49,599 bases of DNA. Origin: Leidyana gryllorum EB-2025a (Eukaryota > Protista > Apicomplexa). The DNA is taken from contig JBLWGC010000075.1 of assembly GCA_048772705.1 (NCBI GenBank), positions 1 through 49,599 of the forward strand. Reading direction: 5' to 3'. This document shows, piece after piece, positions 26,263 to 36,567 of the stretch (position 1 is the first letter of the stretch; every line of letters starts with the position of its first letter). Below the pieces are notes generated by a model that saw only the letters and a program-made list of their open reading frames with translations, was not told the DNA's origin and did no database searches. Made by a program: the position numbers and the translations under genes.

Positions 26263-27407
26263 TCAGAAGCCGGCTTCCAACTCGGAATCTCCTTCTGAGT
26301 CCAAGTGGCGTTCAATTTCCCCACAGACCACCTCAGCCCATTCATTTCGGGCTTTAGGATCGTAAAACAACGCATGCGTACCGCCAACTATGACTCGTAT
26401 CTCTAACGGAACCGGGGGAACGAAGGCCTGTTCCCATTCTGCATACTCATGTCTAGAACGGCGGAACCCAGTAACACAGACAGACAGAGAGGTGGAGAGG
26501 CGGAGAGGGAAGGGGTGAGGGGGATCCAAATGCGCAGTGGGTCGCTTGGTCGAACATGTAGTCATTGAAAGGGCGGGGGGCTACAGATGCACCGTGGGGC
26601 TCGACAAACGGCTGCAGACCGACCGAACGAGCCTTCCCTGTGCGGCTGGGAGGAGAGTTAGGAAGGAGCGAGGCGGCAACAGGGGTGAAGGGTTGATTGG
26701 GTACCTTTCATCAAACTCTTGGTGATGGTGGGATCTGAATCCCCCAGGATAGCTGTTACATTGAGTGAATCAATTGGCAGAGGCGCCGATTTTGGTTCTC
26801 GATCCAATAGGTCAAAATCTGCCCTGATCATCGGAGCAAAGTTCGGCCACACCCTCGGATTAAACAACTCATCATTGGCATTCCAACAGTGTTTGAGTTG
26901 ATGCTGGAATTGTGAGTCCGACAGAACGTGAAGTGGTTGCCACGGCCGGTCAGCGGGATCTCGGGTGGGCGAAACGCTACTGGAAATGAAGGTATGCTTA
27001 GGCAAACGCACTTTGCGTAGTAGAGCCAATCGGAGAAAGTGAAATACAAAGAATGATCCCAAGGAGTGACCCGCGAGAAAGTACGGCACCTCGGGGTCCC
27101 GTTCGAGTACGGATTGCAACTGATCGAGTATATCAGCAGTTAACGAACTAATCGTGTCAGTCGGGCCGAGAATTTCTTTGTGGCGCCAAGACCGACCAGG
27201 GAGAAGCGGACAGAGAAGCTGAATCTGTTCTCGCTTGCAGAAGTCAGTCAAATGGTTTGGCACCGACGCAGCTTTTCGAGAATTTGGACTCAAGAAAATG
27301 CTGGAATCGGAACCGGCAGAATGAAAACACACCAAACGAGCTCGGCAAGCCTTTCCGGATGCCAGAGGTTGGTGAGGAAACCACGGTTGTAAAGGCACCT
27401 CAACCAT
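26263..27407 (-). CDS. Type II (GrsT/RifR-like) thioesterase, alpha/beta hydrolase (2 exons)
   Basis: Contains [14 protein letters not shown], the GHSLG nucleophile motif, IRADFDLL and GDSDP. A phase-1 intron at 26439-26704 joins to EWEQAF...GGTHALF, which supplies the catalytic His. ATG at 27407. Confidence 0.88.
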
Positions 27408-27472
27408 CGTCAGATAGGAGTAACAAAAATTTGCTTTTTCTAAAGGGCCGAAAGCGTCTCTTTCCTCCCGAG
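27408..27472. promoter_or_regulatory. 65-bp candidate bidirectional promoter with palindromic AAATTT
   Basis: This is the whole gap between the divergent thioesterase and UAP56 ATGs. AAATTT lies at 27427-27432. Confidence 0.55.
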
Positions 27473-29043
27473 ATGTCACATCCAGCTCCAGGCGAACTCG
27501 TTGATTACGACGATGATGACCAAGCCGCCGAGATGAGGGGAGTTGAGGCCACTGCCGGGCCCGCTGGTACCACTACCGAGTCTGCACAAGGTGCTGCCGT
27601 TGGTCGGGGCAACTACGTTGCCATCTCCACTAGTGGATTCAGAGACTTCTACTTGAAGCCTCAGCTAATCCGGGCCATTGGAGACGCTGGATTCGAGCAT
27701 CCCAGTGAAGTGCAGCATGAGGCCATCCCCCATGCCATCACTGGCGTCGACATCCTCTGCCAGGCAAAATCTGGAATGGGAAAAACTGCCGTGTTCGTGC
27801 TCTCCATCATCCACCAGTTGGACCCGGAAAAGCTACAGGACGCCGTGTACTGCCTCGTCCTAGCCCACACCCGAGAGCTTGCCTTCCAGATCAAGCAAGA
27901 ATTCGACCGCTTCCGGAAACACGTCAAAGAAATTAGATGCAACGTGGTATACGGAGGAGTCCCCATAACCAAGCACGAGGAGATGCTCAAAACTCCTGAA
28001 ACCATCCCCCACATTATGATCGGCACCCCGGGACGTGTCCTGGCGTTGATCCGACATAAGCAACTCAATACTGATTCGATCGCTCATTTTGTCCTTGACG
28101 AATGCGACAAATGTTTAGAGAAGGTCGATATGCGTAAGGATGTCCAAGAGATCTTCTGTGCCACGCCCAAACGCAAACAAGTAAGTCCACCATATTTCAC
28201 CGATTTCGCCACACCCCCATTCTCACACACCCGCACACACCCCCTCACACACCCCCTCACACACCCCTCTTTATCTCTGTTTTCTTCAGGTGCTGATGTT
28301 TAGTGCTACGATGACGACTGAGATACGGGAGATTTGCAGAAAGTTCATGCAGAATCCCGTCGAAGTCATCGTGGACGACGAGACAAAGCTGACGTTGCAC
28401 GGGCTTCTCCAATACTACATCAAGCTCACCGAGCCCCAGAAGAATCGACAACTGAGCGACTTGTTAGACAAACTTGAGTTTAACCAAGTCATTATCTTCG
28501 TCAAGTCCATTCCCCGAGCTGTCGCTTTGGACAAGCTACTCAATGAATGTTCCTTCCCGTCAATAGCTATTCACGCCGGCCTCAGTCAAACGGAGCGGTA
28601 AGTGTGTGTCAAGCGAGACATGGTCGGACATTGTTCTGTTTGCGCAGTATTGAGCACTATCAGAAGTTTAAGAACTTCGAGAAACGGCTGATGGTTGCCA
28701 CCGACCTCTTCGGACGCGGAATTGACATAGAAAGAGTCAATATCGTCATTAACTACGATATGCCGGAGAATACGGACACGTACCTCCATAGAGTAGGACG
28801 TGCCGGACGTTTCGGCACCAAAGGCCTCGCGATCACCTTTGTTGCGTCTGGTAAGTATTGCCCAAGTTGTGCCTTTTCAATTTGCCTCACAGAGGAGGAT
28901 TCGGAGATGCTGAACCAGGTCCAGTCGCGCTTTGAGGTCAAAGTCGACGAGATGCCAGAGACTATAGATAGCTCGGCGTACAGTAAGTGACCACTATCAT
29001 TCCGCTGCTCATTTCTCCCTTCTTCCTTGCAGTCACCCAATAG
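27473..29043 (+). CDS. UAP56: DECD-box RNA helicase UAP56/Sub2 (5 exons)
   Basis: Contains [35 protein letters not shown] and [12 protein letters not shown]. Introns at about 28181-28289, 28598-28648, 28851-28891 and 28983-29032. Confidence 0.97.
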
Positions 29044-29249
29044 ACAGCCTATGTGTGTTACCTTTTGGTTCTGCTGACTTTGTGGATCGGAGACTCTCTC
29101 TGCCCTTAAAACAACCGAGAAGTCGCTGGTACTGACGTAACACCAATGATGAGATTAAGATTAGACTCTGTTGTCTCATATTCGAACACTTCATTCATTG
29201 TACTATCGACCACCGTATATGGCGCCGCTCAAATTTCTTTTGCCAGCAG

Positions 29250-30493
29250 ATGGCGTCGAGGGCCGTTGGATATGCCCTCTCCGACATCCACCTGAATCTG
29301 GGCCGAAAGTGCCGCTCTCATAGAGACGTTCTGCAGGGAGTCGAATGTGTTATAAAACCGCATCGTCTCACTGCCATAGTGGGTGCTTCCGGATGTGGGA
29401 AGTCCACATTGCTGTCGCTTCTTGCTGGTCGACTCCAACAGGTGGGTAGCCGCCAGCCAGCCAGTCAAAGCGGACTGATGCTATCGTTCCCACCATTGTC
29501 AGTAATGTGTTCTCTATTCGCAGACGTCTGGTGACATGGTGTTATTCGATGACCAAAGTCACCTCTGGGATACACCCCGCACATTCGTCAAACACTCGAA
29601 TGCTGCCATTAGACTGGTGCCCAGCGTTGACTCTTATTTCCCTCAAATCACAGCCGAGCGCCTTCTAAATCTGTCTGCCAGTCTCGCTTCCAAGCGGTCT
29701 AGTCAGAAACGAGCTGTCGTGCGCCGAGTCGGCACAGCTTTGGACTTGTTCGACCTACGGGAGGTCGCTCACGTGCCACTGTCTGATTCGGCTTTCCGTA
29801 GCGGAGCCAGCACTGGTACGCTGTAATACACAGGCCATTACCCCCACCACCACTCTCTCTATGCATCTTTAGGGGAGAAAAAGCGGATAGCAATCGCGAA
29901 TGAGCTGTGCTCTGTGCCTGACGATGAGATGGCCTGCCTCCTGCTCGACGAGCCCACGACCGGACTTGACACTGCTACCGCTTACCGTTTGATAAACCAG
30001 TTGCGACGATTGGTTACTGAAGAGAGAGTGGGAACCATTGTAGCCACTCTCCATCAACCATCACCGGCTGTAAGTCATAGACTGTGTCTCCGCCTGACTC
30101 CCCACTGTGCGATAGATGTTCAAGCTGTTTGACGACTTGATTGTCTTGTCGGATGGACTGGTGGTCTATTGTGGGCCCGCCAGTGATGTGGTCCCCACTA
30201 TGCTGTCTTTCCCGTCCCTTAAGGACAGAGTTCTGGATGAGAATGTGCCCCCGGCGGAGGCAATATTCGATCTCTTGCCAAGTCAGGACAAGGCCAGCAT
30301 CGCCGAAGAGTCTCTGTATCTAGCCGGAGAGTTTCGGGAAAGTCCATATGGACAGCTAGTGGAATCGAGTATACAGACGTACATGGCTCAACCTAATGCC
30401 CCTCACCAATCAAAGAGCTGCTGGGAAGCACTCAGACGAGTCTGCAGACACTTTATACTGCTCTTTTTAGTAAGTCGCTCACAGTTGCTGTCC

Positions 30494-30533
<40 letters not shown>

Positions 30534-32798
30534 ACAGGCGCGCGCCGCCCGGCTCCTCTTTGCCCCCCCCCACTCCTCTTTGAGCGACACAGTCAATGCC
30601 TTTGGTGTGCAGGTGATCTTGAAATGCATATGGCGAATGCGTATGGCGCAAATCGTGTTGCCATTGATCTCTTTGGTCGAAGGAGTGATTTTGGGATTAT
30701 TGTTCCGCGGGAGCTTCGAGTGGAAAGACGAAGGACCTGCTGACAATATGGTATCGGCAGAGTGGTGGGAGTCAAGTTTTCCCGCTATGATTCATCACCT
30801 GGCTGAACCAGACTCGGACACTCCGTTTGACGCTTGGCTTCAAGAGGGTATCAGAGCAGATCCCACCCATCCTGATGTCATGGGGGACTTTTTGAACTGG
30901 CCTGCTATGCACGGATGGGTTCACCGTAGTATTCAGTAGGTCTTTGTGGGTTCATCAATCGATCAAGCATTCTTTCAATCCTCAATCTGCAGATGCATAC
31001 ACGAGTGGTATGGAATGGGCATGGATCAAGAACCCGACGGCACCCATAACACCAATTGGACATATCCTCAGCACAACTTCTTACAGCAGGATCGCGATTT
31101 GGACTGGGTGAACAACGTTCGTAATCTCTATCGCTCCTCAAGAAGGCTATCTGTCTCGGGTCGCGATGATGATGATGATGATGGTTTGGCCAACTCAGAC
31201 GACGATGAGGCGAATAAGATCCTCCTCGATAGTCAAGTTTTATACGACAACGAATTCTGGCACTTAACTCCAAGATGGTTGTGGACCGAATTGGTCTCGG
31301 CTCTTCACATCGGCGATCTCCTTTTGGGCAAATTCGACTACGCTGAAGAGTTCTTTGAGCCCTGTGCCTCTTCTTTTGGAACCACCACGGTGTGGTGGTT
31401 GTGTCTCGAGAACCAGGGGCTGGTCACTCGACTCACTCCATTCTTCTCGTGCTTCGGTATCGATCCCATCCGCTTCGGCATCTTCGGGAGGTCATCAGAA
31501 TCCACTTCGCCCCACGACGAGGCGGACGACTTGGAGATTCTACGAGCCATTCTCGCTTCCGACTCTGCAGAGGAGCGCGCCCAAAGAATCCTGTCGTCCG
31601 GCAAAGCCTCGCGTCGATGGCTTGCAGACATCTCTCAAACCACCGAAGACAAACCGACTTTGAACCCCAACAACGCTGATCCCGCCCCCGAGGCAGCGCC
31701 GATTCTCCCCCCGAAGACGGCCGATCAACCATCTTCTGCTGCTTCCTCCTCTCCCTCTCCCTCTGCCTCTTCGTTTGACTCTGCAAAATCGAGTCGTCGT
31801 GGAGCTGCGGCAGCCAACCGCAGAAAGCTCTTCTTTATCTACGATACCTCTTGGGATTTCTTCCGCGTCTTCGAGGGACTGTTCACTCTCGCGGGTGCTC
31901 CCTTCCTCTTCGATGCTATGGTCCAGGCCATCGATGCGACCATAAATGCAATGTGTTTGGTCGCTTGTTTGTTCTTCCTGGGCGCAGCGATTGGTTTCGC
32001 TGCTATCGATGTAATCTACTTCGCCTTTGCCTTTATGATTACTGCCAATCGGTAAGTCTCAAAATGGTGATCGAGGGAGAGCGGCGTGTGTCTCGGCGTG
32101 TGTGTGCGTCTCGGCGTGTGCGGTCGGTCAGTCAGTCAGTCTGTGGTCGATCTCCTCCGCCCTGAATCTGTGTTCAATGCGTTGTGAATCTTCTTTGATC
32201 CGCTCTAAATCTTCCTTAATCCGCTCTGAATCTTTGTTGTAGGGATATCGCCAACCGGCATTATCGGCGCGGATCGTACTTTTGGGCGTTCACGCTTGCT
32301 CAGGTGCCTGGAATGCTTTTGCAGGCGTTACTGATAGCTGTTCCGTTCGCGTTGATCGCCCAGATTCCAGGGAAATTCCACTTTTACACGATAGGGATAA
32401 CCGTGCTGAGTCTGATGGCAATGTCTGGAGTTGCGCTGCTGGTGGCTGCGGCGTCACCCTCGTTGGATGCGTCTGTACGGCTTATGCCGGTGGTACTGGT
32501 GACGTTGATTCTGTTCTCTGGGTTTTTCATTCGAGAGTCGGATATCCCCAATTGGCTGAGCACCTGGGCGGTGTATCTGTCTCCGTACAGATGGAGCATC
32601 TTTGCTTTCACACTGGTCATTTACCCGCCCGGAGAGAGTCAAGGAGTGATGCCAAATGAATGGGTATTGGGAGTCAATGGAGTCACTGTCAAGAGTGTCG
32701 GACTTGTGTGCACAGTACTGGTGGCCCAAGCGTTGTTATATCGACTTTTCGCGTTTGGTCTTTTTCATTGTGTTGGCAGTAAGACGGGAACTCGTTAA
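29250..32798 (+). CDS. ABCG (White-type) half transporter, NBD-TMD, with a large extracytoplasmic insertion
   Basis: Walker A is GASGCGKST, the spliced signature is ASTGEKKR, Walker B is LLLDEPTTGLD, and the H-loop is TLHQPS. The ABC2 TMD includes RDIANRHYRRGSYF, LFSGFFI and YLSPYRW. Six introns. Confidence 0.9.
30496..30532. repeat. (TG)n microsatellite in an ABCG intron
   Basis: About 18 perfect TG units downstream of a GTAAGT donor. Confidence 0.95.
32185..32236 (+). repeat. 21-bp tandem repeat (about 2.5 copies) in an ABCG intron
   Basis: tgaatcttctttgatccgctc / taaatcttccttaatccgctc / tgaatctttg. Confidence 0.75.
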
Positions 32799-32821
32799 GG
32801 AATAAATAATCTCTCACACAC

Positions 32822-35671
32822 ATGCGTAGTTGTTGGTTCGTTTGCGCCACCGCTATAGCATCGGTGCTTGGCGGCACTCCAGATGCCGATTTAGTTGCCA
32901 CGCCGTGAGTATAGATTGTGACCGGTTTGCTTCTCCCCACCCCCCGTCGCCGGTTTGCTTCCCCCACCCCTCGCTTTTGGTCCTAAGCATCATTGCTCTC
33001 TTAGGATACTGGACACTCATTTGGATCCCTCTCTGCTTAAGGATGTTGAGGGAGAGAGTCACGAGTTTCGGGCGGAGACGGGTCGTCTGATGGACATTAT
33101 CGTCAACTCTCTTTACACTGAGCGAGACGTCTTTTTGCGTGAACTGGTGTCGAATGGGGCGGACGCCTTGGAGAAGATCCGAGTGGAGGGGCTGAAGAAC
33201 CCCTCTGTGTATGAGATTGAGGACGGTTTGAGCTTCCGGGAGTTGAACCTCTTTATCAAACTCGACAAGCCACGCGGAGAAATCTCCATCATTGACACTG
33301 GAATCGGAATGACGAAAGAAGAACTCGCCAATAATCTCGGTACCGTCGCCAAGTCGGGTACCGAACAATTCATTGAAGCCGCACAACGGGGAGGTAAGAC
33401 CACTGAAAGGCCACACACACACAATGTTACTCCCTCACAGCGTCGGCCTCTAACCTGATTGGACAATTTGGTGTTGGATTCTACTCGGCATATTTGGTCG
33501 CCGACGAAATCACGGTGGTCTCGAAGAGTCCGCACGATGGCAAACAATGGGTGTGGCAGTCATCGTCTCAGCAGGGTGGTTTCAAAATCTTTGAGGACCC
33601 TCGTAAGAAAGGACTGCCTCGGGGAACCATTGTTACTCTGAAACTAAAGTCGGACGCGAAGCGATTCCTGTCCAAATCTGAGCTGCGTAGAATCGCCAAA
33701 CGTTTCTCGAGCTTCGTAGCCTTCCCACTCTACCTGGGCGAGGTGACTGAGGACATTTCCGATGACGACATGTAAGTCGACAAAGGCCAATGGCCGTGCT
33801 CTCCTTTGTCACTCACTCTCTCATTTCGACAGTGTGTGGCAAAAGATCAACAGCGACAAGCCTATCTGGTTGCAAGACAAGGCTGAGATTGAGCGGGAGC
33901 AATACGAGTCGTTCTATCGCAACATGACTGGTGACACCACAGCTCCGCTTGCGTGGACCCATTTCAAGGCGGAAGGAGACGTGGAGTTTAACGCACTGAT
34001 GTACATTCCAGACTCTGGTCGCAAGGATGTAATGACTGAGAATATGCAGGACGAGGGTTCGGATGTCAAACTTTATGTACAGAGGGTTTTAATCAGCGAC
34101 AAACTCTCCGACTTCTTCCCTAACTGGCTCGGATTCGTCAAAGGCGTCGTCGACTCGAATGATCTTCCGCTCAAAGTTGATCGAGAGACATTCTCCAGCA
34201 CACGGGTTATGCGAGTTATCAAAAAGAAGACCATTTCGAAAGTCCTCGACACACTTCGGACAATGAGTCGTGACTGCGATCTCGAAGAATTCGATGTCAA
34301 TGAGTTTTATATCGCCGAACCCAAACTCCAGCAACCTCACGGACATGAGGATAACAAGGAACTTTTGGTCAAATTGCGCGAGGCTGAGGCCAGATGGTAC
34401 AAATACTTCAAGTACAACAAACTCTGGGACAACTTTGGTCAGTTCTTCATGCTCGGCTGTATGGACTCTGCTGGAGCCTCTGACCGCCCCAAACTGCTAA
34501 GTCTCTTCCGCGGCAAATCCAGCACTCAACTCACACACACATCTCTCGACTCTTACGTCTCACGGATGCGTCCCGGCCAGAAGCACATTTACTATGTCAC
34601 CGGAGACGATCAGGAAGTCATCAGCCAGTCTCCCTATCTGGAATTCTTCAACGCCAACAAGATCGAAGTTCTCTATCTTCTCGGGTAAGCAGCACACTTT
34701 AGCGCGAAATGGGCGCCGGCCGGGCGGAGACTCCACTGGTCGCCGTTCTGGCGACGCCCCCATTCATTCTTCTCTCTCTGTCTCTCTCTCTGTCTCTGTC
34801 TGTTACTAACCCTCATTCTCTCTGTCTTAGGACCTTTGACGAGGGCTGTTTCAGCCGGCAAAAGGAGTTTAAGGGTCACAAGTTCCGCTCGGTCGAGCGC
34901 GATACCTTTGATACTGACGAGTTTGCTTTCCTAAAGGCGGGAGCTGACTTGGAGAAGCAGAAAGAGGTGTCGGCCGAAGCCGATCGGGAGTGGCGCGCGA
35001 CCACCATTTACTATAAACCCCTCTTGGACTGGTGAGTCAGTCTCCTGTCACTCCTGTCGTCTCCATCATCGAATTGTCTCCTCACTTTTAGGGTCGAGAG
35101 TGCGCTTGGCCTCATCCACGCGCAGTATGTGACTATCACCAGAACGTTGGTGGACAGTCCGGCCAAGGTGTCGTCGCCCGAGCACGGCTTCACGGCTGCC
35201 ACCGAGAGGATGGCACGCACGAGTCCCACGGCCAACAAGATGATGGTGAACGCGTTTGCTAAAATGAAGACCTTCGAGCTGAATCCTCACCACTGGCTCG
35301 TTCATGATTTGTTGGAGAACGTCAGGTTCCAGAATTCTCACAAAACACAGGATTTGCCTCTGCAGAGGGAGATAAACCACACGATTGATCTCATTTACGA
35401 GACGGCTCTGCTCGCTTCTGGCTACCCGTCACGGCGACCTCACATTGTGACCAACGACCTTTACGGCTTATTGGCGCTCAAGAAGCGTCAGAACGGCCAT
35501 CAGGAAAAGTTCAAGCTCACAATCCCTGACGAAGTGTACATCCAAGTAGATCGGGAACTCAAAACTAAGGCAGCCAAGGAAAAACTGCGAAACTCAGAGG
35601 GTGGTGATGGTGCCGACACCGGAGACGAGGACGAAAACTATCAAGACCTCTTCGATCACGACGAGTTGTAG
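32822..35671 (+). CDS. HSP90B1: ER Hsp90 (endoplasmin/GRP94), divergent
   Basis: The first exon encodes a signal peptide (MRSCWFVCATAIASVLG). The protein has NSLYTERDVFLRELVSN, DTGIGMT, NNLGTVAKSGT, LIGQFGVGFYS and GVVDSNDLPL, and ends in HDEL. Five introns. Confidence 0.93.
34771..34802. repeat. (TC)n/(TCTG)n microsatellite in a GRP94 intron
   Basis: tctctctctgtctctctctctgtctctgtctg. Confidence 0.8.
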
Positions 35672-35703
35672 GGTTGGTCAACAGACCTGGATTTTTGGTG
35701 TCA

Positions 35704-36345
35704 ATGGTTCGCTTATCCTTCGTTCAATACATCATCATCTCTAGTTGCTCACTCAATCTCAACACTGCACAGCTCCCAACCCCAACAACCCGAACCATTG
35801 CACCAGTTGGAGATGACGTACCTATTCTACCCAACATGGTCAGGAGAACCCCAGCCCCACACAGAGAGTCCCGCATGATCCAAGACCCGCAAACAGGTAC
35901 CTGGAGAATGGTCACCGACGAAGAAGCCAACCGCGATGCCCTTCTGCCCGCCTCAGCCGCCGCTGGATCTACTCCCTTGGCACTCCTCCAAAGAAATCCG
36001 CCCCCCACATATCCTCAACCCCCCGAAGAGCGTATTGGGGATGAGATGGGAATGATGGCTCAACAAGTGGTCGCCGGCCTCATCCCTGGAGCTACTGGAG
36101 AGTTGTCGGGGGCTGTGATGAAGAAGATGGCGCAAGGCATTGAGCGCCGAAGAAGTCGACAGATGGCTCAGGATGGGATCAGGTATGACCCAGCCACTGC
36201 AAAGTATCGGTCACCTATCGGGCTCCCTTGTGACCCCCGTAAACACCCTTTGCTGTGCCAATTGGAGGAAGATGAAGAGCCTACCACCACCACGCGCCGA
36301 CCACCCCGCGCTCGCAAACAACGCAAGGTCAGAGACAAAGATTGA
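35704..36345 (+). CDS. Hypothetical protein, possibly secreted
   Basis: A 213-codon ORF from ATG 35704 with a mildly hydrophobic N-terminus, Pro/Thr-rich segments and a basic C-terminus. No family recognised. Confidence 0.6.
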   Translation: MVRLSFVQYIIISSCSLNLNTAQLPTPTTRTIAPVGDDVPILPNMVRRTPAPHRESRMIQDPQTGTWRMVTDEEANRDALLPASAAAGSTPLALLQRNPPPTYPQPPEERIGDEMGMMAQQVVAGLIPGATGELSGAVMKKMAQGIERRRSRQMAQDGIRYDPATAKYRSPIGLPCDPRKHPLLCQLEEDEEPTTTTRRPPRARKQRKVRDKD

Positions 36346-36567
36346 CGGCCCCGTCGGGCACGCACACACGCGCACACACACGCACGGATCCTCCCAAGTG
36401 AGGAGAGTGCGCCGGGGCCTCGCTACATGCTTACTCGACAGATAGATAGTTAGTCAGTCAGTTAGTTCCCTGTTACTGAACCTGTATGGTCCCCTACCAG
36501 TGCCCGAGTTGTTGGTTGGCCGGCCGGCGGTGGGTTAGCCAAGCCGTTTCATCTGTCAGCCCGGCAG

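Noticed and set aside
30937-30939. In-frame TAG in ABCG (readthrough or pseudogene)
   Set aside because: It lies in a phase-2 intron, CA|GTAGGT...CTGCAG|A.
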